Below, in pieces: positions 57,901 to 64,000 of a DNA stretch of 64,000 nt. Position numbers and translations under genes: made by a program. How positions within the stretch are numbered: the stretch's first letter is position 1; the number at the start of each line of letters is the position of its first letter. The notes below the pieces were generated by a model. That model was not told where the DNA came from. It worked only from the letters and a program-made list of their open reading frames with translations, and did not search any database. Source of the DNA: Chrysomallon squamiferum (lineage: Eukaryota > Animalia > Mollusca); assembly GCA_012295275.1 (NCBI GenBank), contig CM022676.1:18042001-18106000 (forward strand). Direction: 5' to 3'.

Positions 57901-58439
57901 CTTCAGTTCTAATTAGATACGTGTGGAAAGTAATATTTAAACAAAACCAATTAACTTCAGTCTGGCATTTTCTTCTTAAGCTGAGTTGTTTTCTAACAGG
58001 GCTTCTACTTACTTTCGCAATAATACATTAATATCTAGTAGATTCCCTGATAGGCATGATTCCATTTTTTCTAATCCTGGGATTATAGAAATGAACAAGA
58101 AATATCCTAAAAATACCAGAATATGAAAATTAACATAGATATAAAATGCAATGTGGTAACCTGGAACTTCTGTAATCTCCACCAATTGTTACAGGTAGCA
58201 CAGAAATACTTATTTCAATGAAATGACCTAGACATGTATAACAATGAAAATACTGACATAAACATACCAAAAAGTGTGATTTTGTAAATGTGGTATTACC
58301 CTACATTTTAACATTGTATTCCATATTGTAGCATTTATCTTTTAATTAATTGTATTGAATAATAACAACAACTATAACAACACCATCAATAATAATAATA
58401 ATAACAATAATAATAATAATAATAATAACAATAATGATG

Positions 58440-58474
<35 letters not shown>

Positions 58475-59037
58475 GCAGTGTACGTCTATGTATTCACTTA
58501 TAATGAGATGTAGTCCAGGATTACCAAAGTCTCAGTTTACCTCTAATCACATAAAACACACAGTTTTGTAAGTAATGACATAAGTAACACTTACTCCATA
58601 CAACCAGTGTCACCAGCTGCACAGAAATAATGAATATGTATCAGCTGTGTTTACTGAGAAAATACTCTTTTTTGAATGTATTTCCATGTGAAGATTAACA
58701 CAGATCATGTTCATTATTATAAATTGTAACCATAACTACTTAAACATACATTTAATAAATTGTACTCTGGTATATTCAGTATAAATGAAACTAAAAACTG
58801 TGCATTACAATGTGAAAAACAATCACTTTTTCAATTGCTCAGAAAGTTTCACATTTAAGAATTTCTGATACAGGATCCTCTAGCTGTATATAAAATAGAA
58901 GTCAATAGCATCCATGTTTTAAACACAAACTGAGATTATTTGTAACAAACACATTACTTGTTGGTTTTCAATAAAATCAAAACTGGAATTAATTTTAAAG
59001 CTCAAGTTATAAAAATCAAAAATTACTTCAAATTTAC

Positions 59038-59124
59038 CAGGAGAAAACTTTAGCCAATCCACAATCCACACCAGCCCAGTGAACATTCTGGAATGAGCAT
59101 TGTCTGACTGTGTAGAGCTGAAAC
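59038..59124 (-). pseudogene. Collagen IV NC1 (C4) domain exon relic
   Basis: 87-nt AG/GT exon reading VSALHSQTMLIPECSLGWCGLWIG*SFLL, versus the NC1 pattern VIAVHSQTxxIPxCPxGWxxLWIGYSFxM. Confidence 0.93.
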
Positions 59125-59576
59125 CTGAGAGAAACAAAATTCAAAGTAAGGGAAGTAATCATTAAAACATTACAATACCAATATTTTTGAAAAACAAACT
59201 CCATATTTTAATTTTAAATACCATATTTTAAAAAACATATTGCATAATATGCAAATATAAAAACTGAATTCATATCAATAAATATTAAATCTTAATTCAA
59301 AAATAAAGATTAATTCATGTCAATAAATATTAAATTAATCAATTTAAAATTGAAATTTATGACTTTAATAAAAAGTCTTACACTGTATTCAAAAACAAAT
59401 ACTGGTTATATCTTGAAAACTGCTAAATGTTAACATTTTCATTCTACATGTGTCAGTTTTAAAAATGATTTAGTATTCACAGTTGCCTACCTCAATCAAT
59501 AGATATCAAATACAAGTATGAATATTCATGATTAAGTAATGAATATTAATGTTATGAAAATGAGTACAGGACTTAC

Positions 59577-59775
59577 AGGGTTTGGAGATTCACAAACTGT
59601 TCATGTTTGCCTGGTCTGTTCACCTGTCACTCAATTCATCATCATCATCAACATCGGCTCTAGTGTTAACAGCCAGTAACTGTAACCATTCTGTGACGTT
59701 GTGCTGCACACATTGTTGATGTTGCAGAACATAAAAACATGGTTGGACATCTTCTCAAACAGCTGACAGCACAAC
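59577..59775 (-). pseudogene. Collagen IV NC1 (C4) domain exon relic
   Basis: After ctgcag: [12 protein letters not shown] / [38 protein letters not shown]...VCESPNP|gtaagt, versus [41 protein letters not shown]...VCEAP. Confidence 0.95.
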
Positions 59776-60129
59776 CTGCAGTGTAATGTTGTCGTTTTTT
59801 CACTGATAGAATAGTTTTTCTGTTTGTTTGTAAAACCTAAACCATTTTCCCATTCAATATATCTCTATCCCAAGAAAAGCTAAAATTTTAAAACGTTTGA
59901 ATATAAAGAAAAATACATTTGGTTTTCTTTTTATTTATTTATTTGTTTCTCTTACATCAGATCCTAAAAAGTCAGTGCCTCTACTTCAATCTTCAGTTCT
60001 GATAGCATTATAATATGAAACTAAGACATAAGTTCAATAACTTAAGACAGCTCAATAGAAAGAAAAAATGTTACATCTTTTATGTTCCTGCAGTTTTCTA
60101 ATCTACACACCTAGAAACAAGAAACCAAG

Positions 60130-60284
60130 ACATGCATTACCAGAAACACCAGGAAACCTGGAAGACCAGGACAACAATCATTACCATGAAGTCCTTGAAC
60201 ACCAGGTGCAACAGGATCTCCATGGATACCAAGTCCTCCAGAGTAACCAGCTTCACCTTTTCTACCTGATAAACTATCACAACC
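60130..60284 (-). pseudogene. Collagen Gly-X-Y relic
   Basis: GCD SLS GRK GEA GYS GGL GIH GDP VAP GVQ GLH GND CCP GLP GF, then a frameshift, then GVS GNA. Several glycines are mutated. Confidence 0.85.
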
Positions 60285-62203
60285 TCTGTCAGACACAAAC
60301 TCAATTTTATTATTCAGGTATTAACTAAGTGTTTTTATAATAGTTTTTATTAGTCAGTTACTTGTACAAGACATGTTGTTTGTCTAGATTAGGCGATGTT
60401 AAAGTAAGGTTTTCTGTTAAATCAGACTTCTTATTTTCTTTTATAGTTTTTGTTTTTAGTTCTGTCTTGTTTTTTTTTATGATAAATTTCAACTCTTGAC
60501 ATACATCTGCAGAAAGTATATAACCAAACAACTGAATTTCACATTATATTCTTACATATACTTCTTACCTATATTTTTGTTTAGCTTAAAAACAATGCTT
60601 CATGACAACAAGTATAAATAAAGCCTAGATTATTGTAATTATTACAAACTTTTTAAAAACAAATGTTGTTTAAATTTATCCTGAAAACATAGAACATGAA
60701 ATAAGATTTATAACCTGAAAGTTTGTAAACAAAAATCGTGTTAACTAGATTTGATCCCTCTTACCAACTAACAGATCACCAGACAGTGATAAAGATTAGA
60801 AATCTTGATAAATTTAATCTGTATGATCGTAGTATTATGAAGAAACATTAAAAAGCAGTCACAAAATATTGTAAGATATCAAAAGATGTAACTAGTGGCA
60901 TGTTCTGACTGAAATATTTAAACAGTATTAAAATAACAATTTATATTACAAACAGATTTCTTAATACGTTATAGGACAAGAGCCACTGTTAATAACTCGG
61001 AAATGTTTATTTCATATAAAAGATTTTCTCGTAGCTCTGTAAGTTGGATAACGGCTTACCGTAATTTGCCAAATTGATTTATAAAACTGAAATAAAAGCA
61101 GCGAACAATTCCAGACGCTAAGAAATCCGCGAATGCTAAATTCATCGAACACTTTATCGCACGCATTTCTTTCAAACAAATAGTTCCCAGTGTCAGTAAC
61201 AGTTTAAACTTCTTAGATATAAAATAAAACAAATACTTGGTTATAGAGTTATCTCCCATGATAACTTGTTCCGTTAACCAACCGATAAACATTTTAACAA
61301 GAAATCAATCGTACATTATCGTACATTCTCGTATATTTCCGTGAAGACAAAGAATAAATCGTAATTTTATAAAAGATATGTATATAGACAGGTGTGCGTG
61401 TATGTGTCTGCCACTATAGAGTATTATCTATATTTAGAAATACAGAAAGCGCTTCTTTCTCTGCTTAATAATAAACAAAATAAAATAAATAAATCTATAT
61501 ATCTATTACACACACACAAACACACACACGTTAGATTCTTACTACTACTACTACTACTACTACTACTAATAATAATAATAATAACAACAATAATAATAAT
61601 AATTAATAAATAAATTAGTTCATTAATTAATTAAACAGAAAGAAAGAACTATAAATTGAAAAAAACGTGTGGTCTCTGAATAAGCCTATGAAAAACAAAA
61701 CAAACAGAACAATAAGAAGAAAAAAGAACGAGAAAAAGCGGAAGAGAGAAATAATTAAAAAAAAGAATTAAAAAAGAAAAGACAGAAATAAGTAAATAGA
61801 AATGAACGACCTTGATTATGACTTCACAATTATGACATTTATAATTACCTGTAGTTTCCATTCACTGATCTTATTAATAGGTGCGTCTAAAAAAACAAAT
61901 TATAATCTATTGATTGGTTATTTCTGTTTAATCGGTTTACAACTGGTACGTGCAGAATTGTTCTGATTAATTAATAGATGAATTACTTAGTTAATGTCAG
62001 ATTAGGATACCTGTTTACAACTTAACACTTGGATGATGCTAATATGGTTAAAATTATTAAGTAGTAAGTACATGAAACTAATATACCACTACTACTAATA
62101 GTAGTAGTCGTGGTAGTATTAGTAGTAACAATAAGTATTTAATGTAATGTTATATAATTATTCTTATTCTTTCTTTCTTCTTTTTTTACTTCTTTTTTTA
62201 AAC

Positions 62204-62259
<56 letters not shown>

Positions 62260-63383
62260 ATTATTTATTGTCATTAAATTAAATTTAATACTGTGATATC
62301 TGATTAATTACTGACATAAATTCATAAACTAAGTTGTACTGGGAATTACTGGGAAGGTGTTATTAAATAACCATTTAACATCCGAGCCCACATACTGCTG
62401 AGTTATGTAACTAAATGTAAACATGACAATTTTTCTCATGTCACACAAACATCTATCCTCATGGGTAAAATTTATTTCAATACAAAATCAGGAAAATTCG
62501 TAATCATCGATCGCCTTAAAAGTTTATCGATTACCTGGCCTTGTCTGTAACTCTTACGTAGAGGAATCGCGTTTTGCTATCCTGAAATGTCAACACAATG
62601 CCGAAAAGGAGACAACCTTCAAACATAATGCAGAAACGAGACCGCTTATAAAGAACTGCTACTCGTCGGTTTCGCTGCCACTTTGCGCCCTCTGACGACA
62701 AAAGATCAATTCAGGTACAATAAAAGCGTGATTCTCCTGAAGGGAAAACCAATTCTACATGAGCTGTTTACAAACAGCTAGGTGTGGTTATTAGGTACTT
62801 AACGCAGCTAAATGTTACGGTATTATCATAAGAGACCATTGAACCAGTTCACTGATGCGGCAGTTTCACCTGGCGCGATGTTGATGTAAGTGTGCGTATG
62901 TTTGCGTTATGTGTATCTACGTGCTGAAGAGTTTGTGTGTGGACTGTATCGTGGCTGCGTGAAACGTTCTGATGTTCTGATGATGATCTGCAGATGACAG
63001 CTCGTAGCTGGTGTCAAAAACCTGCAGTTAAAACACAGTGTTATATTACTGGGGTGCACTTCTGACGTGTGTATCTGTGTGTGTGTGTGTGTGCGTTTTT
63101 GTCGGTGTCTGTGTTTCTGTGTCTGAATGTATGTATATAGGGAAGGGTGGGGCAGTTCTTTCGCCCGAGGTATATTATGAATTGCAAGCAATGTAACAAG
63201 CAATGTAGTTAATCAACCATTTATATGTGAAGTATGGTGGCCATGAAAATAATGAAAACAACAAGGTTGTAAAAAAGTGAATTTTAAGGTGTAAAAACTG
63301 AGTGTTATTTTTCAAGTCCTGTAGAAAGAAGGTTAGTAATATAACCAATTTTTAAGTTCAGCAGAAGAAACTAGAGTAATAAT

Positions 63384-63510
63384 TTACTCCACATATTTGG
63401 TGGTAAAATCCATAGTTTTGGCATTGATATAGTCCATTCTGAGTTTATTTAAGTTGTTTGAAACAACTGAAAATCCACGGTTCATCCCTTGAGGCACGTT
63501 GTCAAGAGGT
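63384..63510 (-). CDS. Candidate terminal coding exon of a gene lying right of the window; product unknown
   Basis: ttttcttcag|a followed by the open frame PLDNVPQGMNRGFSVVSNNLNKLRMDYINAKTMDFTTKYVE*. Confidence 0.4.
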
Positions 63511-63620
63511 CTGAAGAAAACGTTGAGGTAAATCCAAGCTGGTTCAGACTTGAAACATTTTCAATAGTACATGTATTATGACTAATTAGTATTAGATACA
63601 TCATGAATAGGGGAAAGATT

Positions 63621-63915
63621 TACTACTAATACTACCCGTACTATTTCCAGTACTACTATTATTTCTTGCCCTACTATTTCCAGTACTATTATTAATACTA
63701 GCTCTTCTATTTCCAGTACTACTACTATTATTAGCTCTATTTCCAGTTATACTATTAATATTTCCAGTATTATTATTAGTATCCCAACTATTTCCCAGTA
63801 CGACTACTACTATTGTTACTAACCCTACTATTTCCAGTACTACTATTATTACTAGCCCTACTATTTCCAGTACTTCTATTATTACTAGCTCTGCAATTTC
63901 CTTTACTACTATTAT
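63621..63915. repeat. Degenerate ~32-bp minisatellite
   Basis: tactatttccagtactactattattactagccc-like units. Confidence 0.85.
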
Positions 63916-64000
63916 TACGTTTACCTAAGTTATCTTGATATTCCACTTAATTTACCTTAATTACCTGATGACCGACATCACGTGGTATGAGAAAGGAAAG

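Larger units (their letters stand above)
54376..61300 (-). ncRNA. Predicted spliced non-coding/pseudogenic mosaic unit (copy C)
   Basis: CpG-rich first block ending cg|gtaagc at 61060. AG/GT-bounded blocks at 59775-59577, 59124-59038, 58616-58595, 56688-56527 and 55581-55389, plus acceptors before 58106, 56018 and 54376. No long ORF. Confidence 0.52.

Overview
AT-rich, microsatellite-dense animal DNA, probably lophotrochozoan/mollusc (inferred from gene-family style), with a 200-N assembly gap at 24343-24542. It reads as a duplication hub of decayed and shuffled gene pieces, not ordinary gene space. It contains: (i) two copies of a RING/coiled-coil/NHL-like (TRIM-type) gene, each damaged differently, inside a ~7 kb direct duplication (1-~7080 vs 31320-~38500); (ii) a BTB-BACK-PHR gene and an inverted PHR-only paralog whose differences are overwhelmingly amino-acid changing; (iii) two paralogous minus-strand exon chains with no long ORF that share a core but carry different relics missed by the ORF track: a SWIM-zinc-finger transposon protein and a MULE transposase in one, intron-containing collagen IV (Gly-X-Y plus NC1) in the other; (iv) a plus-strand exon chain with no long ORF, containing a duplicated intronic hairpin; (v) many mini- and microsatellites. 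All family calls come from manual translation and motif recall; no searches were run, and splice models and transcription are predictions.
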